Source of the DNA: Pseudomonadales bacterium
GTDB taxonomy: Bacteria > Pseudomonadota > Gammaproteobacteria > Pseudomonadales > Azotimanducaceae
Assembly: GCA_965116345.1 (NCBI GenBank)
Contig: OZ220680.1
Location: 3,976,330-4,040,329 of the forward strand
DNA: 64,000 nt
Direction of reading: 5' to 3'
Within the stretch, counting starts at the first letter, position 1; every line of letters begins with the position of its first letter. The notes below the pieces were generated by a model. The model did no database searches, was not told where the DNA came from, and saw nothing but the letters and a program-made list of their open reading frames with translations. Of the stretch, positions 56,741 through 64,000 are shown in pieces. A program made the position numbers and the translations under genes.

Positions 56741-57712
56741 ATGGCGAGAATCGAGTTCGAGGTCATCGAAGGCTGGGAGAAGCTCCCGGAAGGCTGGAGC
56801 TTCGTCGAGGTGGCTGGGGTCGCCACCGACTCCGAGGACCGGGTGTACGCCTTCAACCGGGGTGAACACCCCATGATCATCTTCGACGCCGAAGGCAACT
56901 TCCTCGACGCCTGGGGGGAGGGCGTGTTCGCCAACGCCCACGGCATCCACATCGGCCCGGACGACCGGATCTACGCGGCGGACAACGTCGACCACACGGT
57001 GCGCATCTTCACGCCCGGTGGCGATCTCCTGCAGACGCTGGGCGAGAAGGACAAACCCGCGGATACCGGATTCGTGCCGGGTCGCTCGGGTGTGCAGTTC
57101 GGCGGCGGACCCTTCAACCGCGTCACCAACGTCGCGCTGTCGACCAGCGGAGAGATGTACGTCGCCGACGGCTATGGCAACGCCCGCGTACACAAGTTCT
57201 CCGCCGCCGGCGAGCACCAGTTCTCCTGGGGCGAACCGGGGCGGGGACCGGGCGAGTTTCGGCTGCCCCACGCCATCGCCGTGGACCGCGACGGCACCGT
57301 CTACGTCGCCGACCGCGAGAACTCGCGCATCCAGGTGTTCAAGGCCAACGGCGACTACGTCAAGGAGTGGACCCACATCGTCCGACCCGACGACCTGTAC
57401 ATCGATGATGACGATATCCTCTACGTCGCCGAGCTCGGCGAGATCGCCGGCCAGCCTCCCGACCACGAGATCCTGCCCCATACGCCCCACGCCCGGGTGA
57501 CGGTCATGGACCTCGACGGCGAGGTGATCACGCGGTTCGGCGGCAGGGATGCGGTGCGCCCCGGCAACTTCTTCGCGCCCCACGGCATCTGGTCGGATTC
57601 CAAGGGCGATCTGTATGTCTCGGAGGTGACCTACAGCGGCGGCGGCAACCGGGGGCTCGTCCCGCTCGACTGCCACTCGCTGCAGAAATTCGCGCGCATC
57701 CGCGCCGATTGA
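56741..57712 (+). CDS. NHL-repeat beta-propeller, peptidyl-alpha-hydroxyglycine alpha-amidating lyase (PAL)-like family
   Basis: Repeated YVAD..N.R[IV].[VK]F NHL units (MYVADGYGNARVHKF, VYVADRENSRIQVF, LYVSEV); no signal peptide. Confidence 0.75.
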   Translation: MARIEFEVIEGWEKLPEGWSFVEVAGVATDSEDRVYAFNRGEHPMIIFDAEGNFLDAWGEGVFANAHGIHIGPDDRIYAADNVDHTVRIFTPGGDLLQTLGEKDKPADTGFVPGRSGVQFGGGPFNRVTNVALSTSGEMYVADGYGNARVHKFSAAGEHQFSWGEPGRGPGEFRLPHAIAVDRDGTVYVADRENSRIQVFKANGDYVKEWTHIVRPDDLYIDDDDILYVAELGEIAGQPPDHEILPHTPHARVTVMDLDGEVITRFGGRDAVRPGNFFAPHGIWSDSKGDLYVSEVTYSGGGNRGLVPLDCHSLQKFARIRAD

Positions 57713-58509
57713 CACCGGTGTCCCGGCAACCCTCGTTGACGCGTCGGCTGATCGCCGTCAATTGTCTAAGCGCTCTGGCGGTCGGTACGAGCGTTCCGGC
57801 CATCTCCGCGGTCGAGTCGCTGACCGTGCGGGTGCAACGCGTCATACCCCACGAAACGGATGCCTCCACCCAGGGCCTTGTCTGGTGGCGGGGGAAGCTC
57901 TACGAGAGCACCGGCCGGCGGGGTCACTCGGACCTGCGGCGGATCGATCCGACCACCGGGAAGGTGGAGCGGCGCATGCCGATTTCGAAACTGTTCTTCG
58001 GCGAGGGCCTTGCCCAGGCGGGGGACCGCCTCGTCATGCTGACCTGGCACGCGGAGCAAGCCTTCGTATTCGGCATCCGCGACTTCGACCGTCGCGGCAC
58101 GTTCGGCTACCGCGGTGAAGGCTGGGGGTTGTGCCATGACGGCGAGGTATTCGTCATGAGCGACGGATCGGATCGGCTGGCGTTCCGGGACAGCGACTCG
58201 TTCGCCGTCGTCGGCAGCGTCGGCGTCACCCTCGATGGCCGGCCGGTGCGCCGCCTCAACGAGCTCGAATGCGTCGGCGGCGAGGTCTACGCGAACGTCT
58301 ACCTCGAGGACGTGATCGTCCGCATCGATCCGACGAGCGGTCGCGTCACCGGGCGTGTCGACGCATCCGGGCTGCTCGGACCGGAGGACGCCGTCCGCGC
58401 GGATGTACTGAACGGCATCGCCCACGTTGCCGAGACGGATCGCTTCCTCATCACCGGCAAGCTCTGGCCGAAGATGTTCGAAGTGACCTTCGTCGCTGAA
58501 GCCCGATAG
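57709..58509 (+). CDS. Glutaminyl-peptide cyclotransferase, plant/bacterial beta-propeller type
   Basis: Signal peptide; HETDASTQGLVWWRGKLYESTG, FGEGLA, ECVGGEVYANV motifs. TTG start overlaps the upstream stop. Confidence 0.8.
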   Translation: MTPVSRQPSLTRRLIAVNCLSALAVGTSVPAISAVESLTVRVQRVIPHETDASTQGLVWWRGKLYESTGRRGHSDLRRIDPTTGKVERRMPISKLFFGEGLAQAGDRLVMLTWHAEQAFVFGIRDFDRRGTFGYRGEGWGLCHDGEVFVMSDGSDRLAFRDSDSFAVVGSVGVTLDGRPVRRLNELECVGGEVYANVYLEDVIVRIDPTSGRVTGRVDASGLLGPEDAVRADVLNGIAHVAETDRFLITGKLWPKMFEVTFVAEAR

Positions 58510-58515
58510 CCGCCG

Positions 58516-59505
58516 ATGCGTCGGCGGGGAGACGTCGAGGAAATGCGCCTCGAGCGTGCCCTGGAGTCGATGGCGCCGGTGGTCGAGCGCTACGCCCCAC
58601 TGCTTCGTGAACGGTCTCCCGGGTTGGCGCTCTGGCGTGGGGCCGTTGCCGACGTGCAGGCGGGCAACCTGGATGACCGGTCGCTCTACTGGGCCCGCCT
58701 CAGGCTCCTGCGTATGCTGCGCGACGTTGACGAATCCGTGGCGGCTGTCGAGCGTGAGTCGCGGGGACTGCTCCGGACTTCGGATGGCGATGCGCCGGGC
58801 GTCCTACTGACGGGGTTCGACCCGTTTCGCCTGGATGCCGACATCGGCCAGAGCAACCCGTCCGGTCTCGCGGCGCTCGCGCTCGACGGCACGCTGATCG
58901 CGGGCTCGCGGGTACAGAGCGCCATCCTGCCGGTGCGTTATGCCGACTTCGACTCCGGCTTGGTCGAGGGCTACTTGGCAGCGCACTACACGAACGGGCT
59001 CGATCTTGCGGTGACCGTGAGCATGGGGCGCGATGCCTTTGATATCGAGAGATTTCCTGGTCGTCGGCGTTCGGCGACGAAACCCGACAATCGCGGCGAA
59101 TACGGAGGTGGGTCGCCGACCGAGCCCCACCCACCGCCGGATCTGGATGGTCCGGAGTTCCTGGAGTTCTCGCTACCCGGCGAGTCCATGGCGCGAGTGG
59201 GTGGGCAGTGGCCCGTTCGCGACAACCGCGACGTTCAGACGCTACGCGGGGCGCTTAGTGCGCGGTCGCTTGCCGATCTTCGCGGGGAGACCGCGGTCAG
59301 CGGATCGGGCGGTGGCTACCTGTCCAACGAGGTCGCCTATCGAAGCCTGCTGCTGGGCCGGCGCCTTGGCGTCGACTTTCCCATCGGTCACATCCACACA
59401 CCCGTTCTGCGGGGTCACGACGCGTCGTTGGAACGTGCCATCGTCGACCAGGTGCGTCGCCTGATCGAAGTGGCGCTCACACCGCAGGGCGACCGCATGC
59501 CGTAA
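58516..59505 (+). CDS. Pyroglutamyl-peptidase I (C15) homolog with Ser at the nucleophile position and a ~95 aa N-terminal extension
   Basis: VLLTGFDPF, FDIERF..KPDNRG (Glu), GGGYLSNEVAY (Ser where Cys is expected in TFVCNHLFY), IGHIHTP (His). Confidence 0.75.
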   Translation: MRRRGDVEEMRLERALESMAPVVERYAPLLRERSPGLALWRGAVADVQAGNLDDRSLYWARLRLLRMLRDVDESVAAVERESRGLLRTSDGDAPGVLLTGFDPFRLDADIGQSNPSGLAALALDGTLIAGSRVQSAILPVRYADFDSGLVEGYLAAHYTNGLDLAVTVSMGRDAFDIERFPGRRRSATKPDNRGEYGGGSPTEPHPPPDLDGPEFLEFSLPGESMARVGGQWPVRDNRDVQTLRGALSARSLADLRGETAVSGSGGGYLSNEVAYRSLLLGRRLGVDFPIGHIHTPVLRGHDASLERAIVDQVRRLIEVALTPQGDRMP

Positions 59506-59525
59506 CGTTGTGCGGGTCGCCCGTG

Positions 59526-60575
59526 TCAAGCGCGCCGCTTGCGCACGGCAGCGGCGAGCTCGTCGAGACACGCCGTCGTATCGTCCCAGCCGATGCAGGC
59601 ATCGGTGACACTTTGGCCATAGACCAGGTCGCCGCCGAGATTCTGGCGGCCGGCGACAAGGTTGCTCTCGACCATGACCCCCATGATCTTGTCCTCGCCG
59701 CCGGCGAGTTGCTTGGCGATGTCCTGGCAGACGGCGATCTGGCGGTTGTGGTCCTTCTGGCTGTTGGCGTGGCTTGCATCCACCATGAGCCGCGGGTTGA
59801 GCCCGTCGTGTTCCAATATTCGGCTGGCATAGTGCACCGAGGGATTGTCGAAGTTGGTCTTGCCGCCGCCGCCGCGCAGGATGATGTGGCAGTCGTGGTT
59901 GCCGGCGGTGGAGAAGATGGCCGAGTGACCGGCCTTCGTCACGGACAGGAAGATGTGGGAGTGGAGGGCCGACTTCACGGCGTCGGCGGCGACCTGGATC
60001 GCGCCGTCGGTGCTGTTCTTGAAACCGGTGGGGCAGGACAGGCCGGAGGCGAGTTGCCGGTGGATCTGGCTTTCGGTCGTGCGTGCGCCGATGGCCGCCC
60101 AGCAGACCAGGTCGCCGAGATATTGGGGCGTGATGGGATCGAGATACTCGGTACCGGTGCCGAGCCCCAGGTCGATGATGTCGCGCAGCACGCCACGGGC
60201 GGTCTTGAGGCCGCCGTTGATGTCGAACGAATCGTCGAGGTTGGGGTCGTTGATGAGGCCCTTCCAGCCCACGGTGGTGCGCGGTTTCTCGAAGTACACG
60301 CGCATGACGATGAGCAGGGCGTCCTGCAGGGCGTCCGCCTGTTCCTTGAGCCGGGCGGCGTACTCGCGGGCGGCCTCGGGGTCGTGGATGGAGCAGGGGC
60401 CAACAATGGCCAAGACGCGCGGGTCGCGTCCGGCGATGATCTCGCTGGCCTGGCGCCGGACGTTGAAGACGAGGGTCGAGTGGTCCGGCGCGAGGGGCAG
60501 TTCGTCGATCAGTTCGGCCGGTGGGAGCACTTCCGCCATGCCGGTGATGCGTACGTCGTCTGTTAGATATTGCAT
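59526..60575 (-). CDS. 3-deoxy-7-phosphoheptulonate (DAHP) synthase, class I alpha
   Basis: 349 aa; IVGPCSIHD, KPRTTVGWKGL, GARTTESQ.HR motifs of the AroF/G/H family. Confidence 0.95.
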   Translation of the reverse strand: MQYLTDDVRITGMAEVLPPAELIDELPLAPDHSTLVFNVRRQASEIIAGRDPRVLAIVGPCSIHDPEAAREYAARLKEQADALQDALLIVMRVYFEKPRTTVGWKGLINDPNLDDSFDINGGLKTARGVLRDIIDLGLGTGTEYLDPITPQYLGDLVCWAAIGARTTESQIHRQLASGLSCPTGFKNSTDGAIQVAADAVKSALHSHIFLSVTKAGHSAIFSTAGNHDCHIILRGGGGKTNFDNPSVHYASRILEHDGLNPRLMVDASHANSQKDHNRQIAVCQDIAKQLAGGEDKIMGVMVESNLVAGRQNLGGDLVYGQSVTDACIGWDDTTACLDELAAAVRKRRA

Positions 60576-60646
60576 TTGCTGGTTGTTGCGTCGTGAAAAA
60601 AGGCGTGCAACTTAGCGCGACCGGGCGCCTATGTACAATCAGCCGT

Positions 60647-61327
60647 ATGGCCGGGCGATCTCGCGAAGCGTACTTTCAGGCATTGGGTGTCGATGTATGG
60701 GTGCGCCGCGGGTCGCGTCAAGAACCGCCGTCGTCGGTCGTTGCGCCAGCCGATGATGCGCCAGCCGATGATGCGCCAGCCGACGACACCCAACCGCGTC
60801 CACGGTCGACTACCCGAGTCGAGCAGCACGCTCCGCTTCGCGACGATTCGAGGGGGAAACCGGCCCGCCGCGAACGTCGACCCGCCGCCTTGGCCCGAGG
60901 CGTTGACGAGGCCTTCCGAGTACGCTGTTTCCGCTACGGTCGGGTATTCGCGGCCATCGCCGAGGACGCCTGGGCCCAGCGCCGGTTCCTTGCCGACGTC
61001 GCCTGGGCCCTGAACGGCTTTCAACGTGCCGAGCGACGCGACCTAGTGTTCGATTGGCCCCAGCCGGGCGCGGCGGCCCAAGGCGGTGAGCGGGCATTCG
61101 CCGCGTTCTTCGGCCACCAGACGCGCACCCAGGACGACATCCGGGTGGTCGTCTCCGGTGAGCGCGTCGTGAAGCTGCTGGGCCACGAGGTACCGGACGA
61201 GTCGTGCTACCTGGGGGACTTGCTCTACGTCGTACCGACGGTCCCCGACGCGGCCGCCAAGAAGGCGCTATGGCAGCTAATCGTGAACGGCGCGAACGGA
61301 ACATCCGGGAATCGGGCACCTCGCTAG
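60647..61327 (+). CDS. holD: DNA polymerase III psi-subunit (HolD)-like protein
   Basis: N-terminal YFQALGVDVWVRR and C-terminal AAKKALWQLI parallel E. coli psi (LQQLGITQWSLRR, ARAALWQQI). holD...prfC neighbourhood as in E. coli. Confidence 0.6.
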   Translation: MAGRSREAYFQALGVDVWVRRGSRQEPPSSVVAPADDAPADDAPADDTQPRPRSTTRVEQHAPLRDDSRGKPARRERRPAALARGVDEAFRVRCFRYGRVFAAIAEDAWAQRRFLADVAWALNGFQRAERRDLVFDWPQPGAAAQGGERAFAAFFGHQTRTQDDIRVVVSGERVVKLLGHEVPDESCYLGDLLYVVPTVPDAAAKKALWQLIVNGANGTSGNRAPR

Positions 61328-61371
61328 GCGGCCGTTATAATCCCCCGCCGCCCGTCCAACATGACTGACCA

Positions 61372-63021
61372 ATGAGCGTTCAAACAGTTCGCACGGCTTC
61401 CGAGCCGGCGCCGGTGACGGATCCCGCCCACGAGGGCGGGGTCGCACGTGAAGTCGCGCGTCGACGGACCTTCGCGATCATCTCGCATCCGGACGCCGGG
61501 AAGACGACGGTCACCGAGAAGCTGCTGTTGTTCGGCAATGCCATCGGGCTCGCGGGCACGGTCAAGGCGCGCAAGTCGAACCGCCACGCGACATCGGACT
61601 GGATGACCATGGAACGGGAACGCGGTATCTCGGTGACCACCTCGGTGATGCAGTTCAACTACCGCGGCCGGGTTGTCAATCTGCTCGACACACCGGGTCA
61701 CGAGGACTTCTCCGAGGACACTTACCGGACCCTCACGGCGGTGGACTCCGCCCTCATGGTCATCGACGGCGCGAAGGGGGTGGAATCCCGGACCATCAAG
61801 CTGCTCGAAGTCTGTCGGCTGCGCGACACGCCGATCATGACCTTCGTCAACAAGCTCGACCGCGAGATTCGCGAGCCCATCCAACTCCTGGACGAGATCG
61901 AGGATGTGCTGCAGATCGAGTGCGCGCCGATGACCTGGCCCATCGGCTCCGGTCGGTTCTTCCGCGGCGTGTACCACCTCGGACTCGACCGGATCATCTG
62001 CTACCGACCGGGCGTCGGCGACCGCGTGCATGTGTTCGACACCATCGAGGGGCTCGGCAGCGACGAGGCCCGCGCCTGGCTCGGCGATGACCACGCCGCG
62101 TTCGTCGACGAGGTCGAACTGATCCAGGGCGCGAGCCATCCGTTCGACGAGCAGGCGTTTCTGGACGGCACCCGGTCGCCGGTGTTCTTCGGCACGGCGC
62201 TCGGCAACTTCGGTGTCCGCGAGTGCGTCGACCACCTGGTCGAGCATGCGCCTCCGCCCGGCCAGCGCGAGGCGTCGACGAGGGATGTCCAGCCCGAGGA
62301 AGCGCCGTTCTCCGGGTTCGTGTTCAAGGTCCAGGCGAACATGGATCCCCGACACCGTGACCGGATCGCCTTCCTGCGGGTCTGCTCGGGGCACTACCGC
62401 CAGGGGATGCGCATGCGCCATGTGCGCCTGGCCCGCCCGGTGAAGGTTGCCAACGCCGTCACCTTCCTGGCGGGTGATCGCAAGCGCGCCGACGAGGCCT
62501 ACGCGGGCGACATCATCGGCCTGCCGAACCACGGCGGCATCTGCATCGCCGACACCTTCACCGAGGGCGAGGCGCTCGGCTTTCGCGGCATCCCGAACTT
62601 CGCGCCGGAACTGTTTCGCCGAGTGCGGCCACGGGATCCCTTGAAGTCGAAGCAGCTTGCGCGCGGTCTGCGCCAGCTCTCGGAAGAGGGCGCGAGCCAG
62701 GTGTTCTTTCCGCTGCTGAGCAACGACATCGTCATCGGCGCGGTGGGGCCCCTGCAGTTCGACCTGGTGGCGTTCCGATTGGACGACGAATATCGGGCGG
62801 ACTGCGTCTTCGAGACGGCCAACGTGTACAGCGTCCGCTGGATCAGTGGTGATCCGCGCGCCATCGAGGAACTCAAGCGGCGCAGCTCCGAACGTCTCGC
62901 CCTGGATGGAGGCGGGTGCCTGGCCTACCTGGCGCCCACCCGCGCGAACCTGGCGCTGGCCGAGGAGCGTTTCGCCGAACTGCGGTTCGCGGCGACCCGT
63001 GAACACGCGGAGCACGACTAG
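61372..63021 (+). CDS. prfC: Peptide chain release factor 3
   Basis: [28 protein letters not shown] GTPase motifs; 549 aa. Confidence 0.97.
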   Translation: MSVQTVRTASEPAPVTDPAHEGGVAREVARRRTFAIISHPDAGKTTVTEKLLLFGNAIGLAGTVKARKSNRHATSDWMTMERERGISVTTSVMQFNYRGRVVNLLDTPGHEDFSEDTYRTLTAVDSALMVIDGAKGVESRTIKLLEVCRLRDTPIMTFVNKLDREIREPIQLLDEIEDVLQIECAPMTWPIGSGRFFRGVYHLGLDRIICYRPGVGDRVHVFDTIEGLGSDEARAWLGDDHAAFVDEVELIQGASHPFDEQAFLDGTRSPVFFGTALGNFGVRECVDHLVEHAPPPGQREASTRDVQPEEAPFSGFVFKVQANMDPRHRDRIAFLRVCSGHYRQGMRMRHVRLARPVKVANAVTFLAGDRKRADEAYAGDIIGLPNHGGICIADTFTEGEALGFRGIPNFAPELFRRVRPRDPLKSKQLARGLRQLSEEGASQVFFPLLSNDIVIGAVGPLQFDLVAFRLDDEYRADCVFETANVYSVRWISGDPRAIEELKRRSSERLALDGGGCLAYLAPTRANLALAEERFAELRFAATREHAEHD

Positions 63022-63064
63022 TGGTCCGTTTCCGACCCCGCGGGTTGCTCGGAGGCGCCCCTTG

Positions 63065-63841
63065 ATGAATCCAGCACTCGGGGAGTCGTTGGAACGCTTC
63101 ATCGCGGAGGGGGAAGACCCCGTGGAGGGTGCGCTGATCGTCGCCGGGATCGTCGATCACGATGCGGAGGTGGACTGGGCGAGGGCGGAAATCGACCGCC
63201 TCGCGAACGAGGTCGGCGGGGCGGCGGAAGTCACCCCTCGGGAGCTGGTCGCCGGTGTCTCGGCGTGTGGCTTCAAGGGCGCGGGAAAGCGCTACTACGA
63301 GATCGAGAACAGCCTCCTGGACCACGTCTTGAGGAGCCGCCGGGGAATCCCCATCTCGCTCGGCGTGGTGCTCATGGGCATCGCCCGCCGCCTGGGTCTG
63401 GAAGCCCTCGGCGTCAATTTTCCGCGCCATTTCCTCATCACCATCGGCAATCTCTTGGTTGACCCCTATGCCGTCGCCCCCACGTCCGTCGAGAACTGCC
63501 GTGCCTGGCTTCGGGAGAACAAGGTAAGCGAGGAGGGCGCTTTCGGGATCGCCGACGCCGGCGACATCGTCCTGCGCATGCTCAACAACGTGCGCATGCT
63601 GGTGCAGTCGCGGGGCGACTTCACGCGCGCCTTGGAAATAGCCGACTACCAGTTGGTGGTGGTCCCCGATTCCTATGCGCTACGGGTGGAGCGTGCCGAC
63701 GCCTGGCTCGGCCTGCGCGCGCCCGAGATGGTGGTGGAGGAACTCGAGCATGCCGTGCGCGATGCACCCGACGATGCGACGGCGGAGAGATTGCGCGAGC
63801 GCATCGAGCAAGCACGGCGCATGAAGTCGGTGGTCAACTGA
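63065..63841 (+). CDS. SirB1/YchA family protein (transglutaminase-like + TPR-like)
   Basis: ..YYEIENSLLDHVLRSRRGIPISLGVVLMGIARRLGL..GVNFPRHFL pattern typical of the SirB1 N-domain. Confidence 0.75.
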   Translation: MNPALGESLERFIAEGEDPVEGALIVAGIVDHDAEVDWARAEIDRLANEVGGAAEVTPRELVAGVSACGFKGAGKRYYEIENSLLDHVLRSRRGIPISLGVVLMGIARRLGLEALGVNFPRHFLITIGNLLVDPYAVAPTSVENCRAWLRENKVSEEGAFGIADAGDIVLRMLNNVRMLVQSRGDFTRALEIADYQLVVVPDSYALRVERADAWLGLRAPEMVVEELEHAVRDAPDDATAERLRERIEQARRMKSVVN

Positions 63842-63857
63842 GCCGCGAACGTCGGGG

Positions 63858-64000
63858 CTAGGGAAGGTCTGATTAAGACCTTCCCTAGCGCGGCACAGGG
63901 ATGTGCCGCCAGATTCAAGGGCGCAAGGAGTTGAATTTGCACGCAAAAAAAAGACCGCGCTCTTGTTTTTGCGTTTCTGATCAAGCCAAGGACGGCTTGA
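63858..64000 (-). mobile_element. MITE-like element, diverged copy D, opposite orientation, truncated by the window end
   Basis: Starts with CTAGGGAAGGTCT-gatta-AGACCTTCCCTAGCGCGGCAC. The internal A/T-rich hairpin and TGATCAAGCC..GGCTTGA hairpin are conserved in reverse order. Confidence 0.75.

Noticed and set aside
61324-63102. 592-aa antisense ORF opposite prfC
   Set aside because: prfC is unambiguous (GTPase motifs), and the antisense frame has no features.

Overview
High-GC (spot counts of about 66-72% in core genes) gammaproteobacterial-type chromosomal segment. Most of it is housekeeping and shows classical synteny. In order: a 2-oxoacid dehydrogenase E2 C-terminus, PduO-type adenosyltransferase, yajQ, an alkyltransferase-like protein and groES-groEL (sigma-32-like promoter plus CIRCE). 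Then an RND efflux pair, a Cys-type sulfatase and sbcB coupled to an osmoprotectant ABC transporter. Further on: yrbG-kdsC-lptC-lptA-lptB-rpoN, ibaG-hisD-zapE, rplM-rpsI-petABC-sspAB, dolP-yraN-lpoA divergent from rsmI, and RNase P RNA. The last part holds an AmrZ-like Arc regulator, a liu/atu-like acyl-CoA carboxylase cluster, a DAHP synthase and holD-like...prfC-sirB1. Four things are not ordinary. (1) A highly structured 156-157 bp MITE-like element has imperfect 20-bp terminal inverted repeats and CTAG-type ends. It is present in at least 4 copies plus a solo hairpin, two copies differ by 1 nt, and several ends overlap gene stop codons. Three same-orientation copies partition a ~10 kb accessory tract (18.5-28.4 kb) that sits where hpf-ptsN would normally follow rpoN. 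(2) Inside that tract is a lower-GC islet (21.8-24.4 kb) encoding a small 2-TM protein, an HEXXH protein apparently split by a frameshift near G5 runs, and a membrane-anchored protein with a weak PepSY-like motif. (3) Also inside it is an overlapping ThDP-enzyme + PhyH-family dioxygenase pair, reminiscent of PHYH/HACL1 alpha-oxidation. (4) At 56.7-59.5 kb three co-directional genes encode a peptidylglycine-amidating-lyase-like NHL protein, a plant-type glutaminyl cyclase and a pyroglutamyl-peptidase (C15) homolog with Ser in place of the catalytic Cys. I rate this my best candidate for an undescribed peptide-terminus modification module. A second GTAGGGGCGACC-type REP family, a vapC module between zapE and rplM, and several tandem repeats are also recorded. 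All functional calls rest on motif and synteny recognition by eye; no searches were run.
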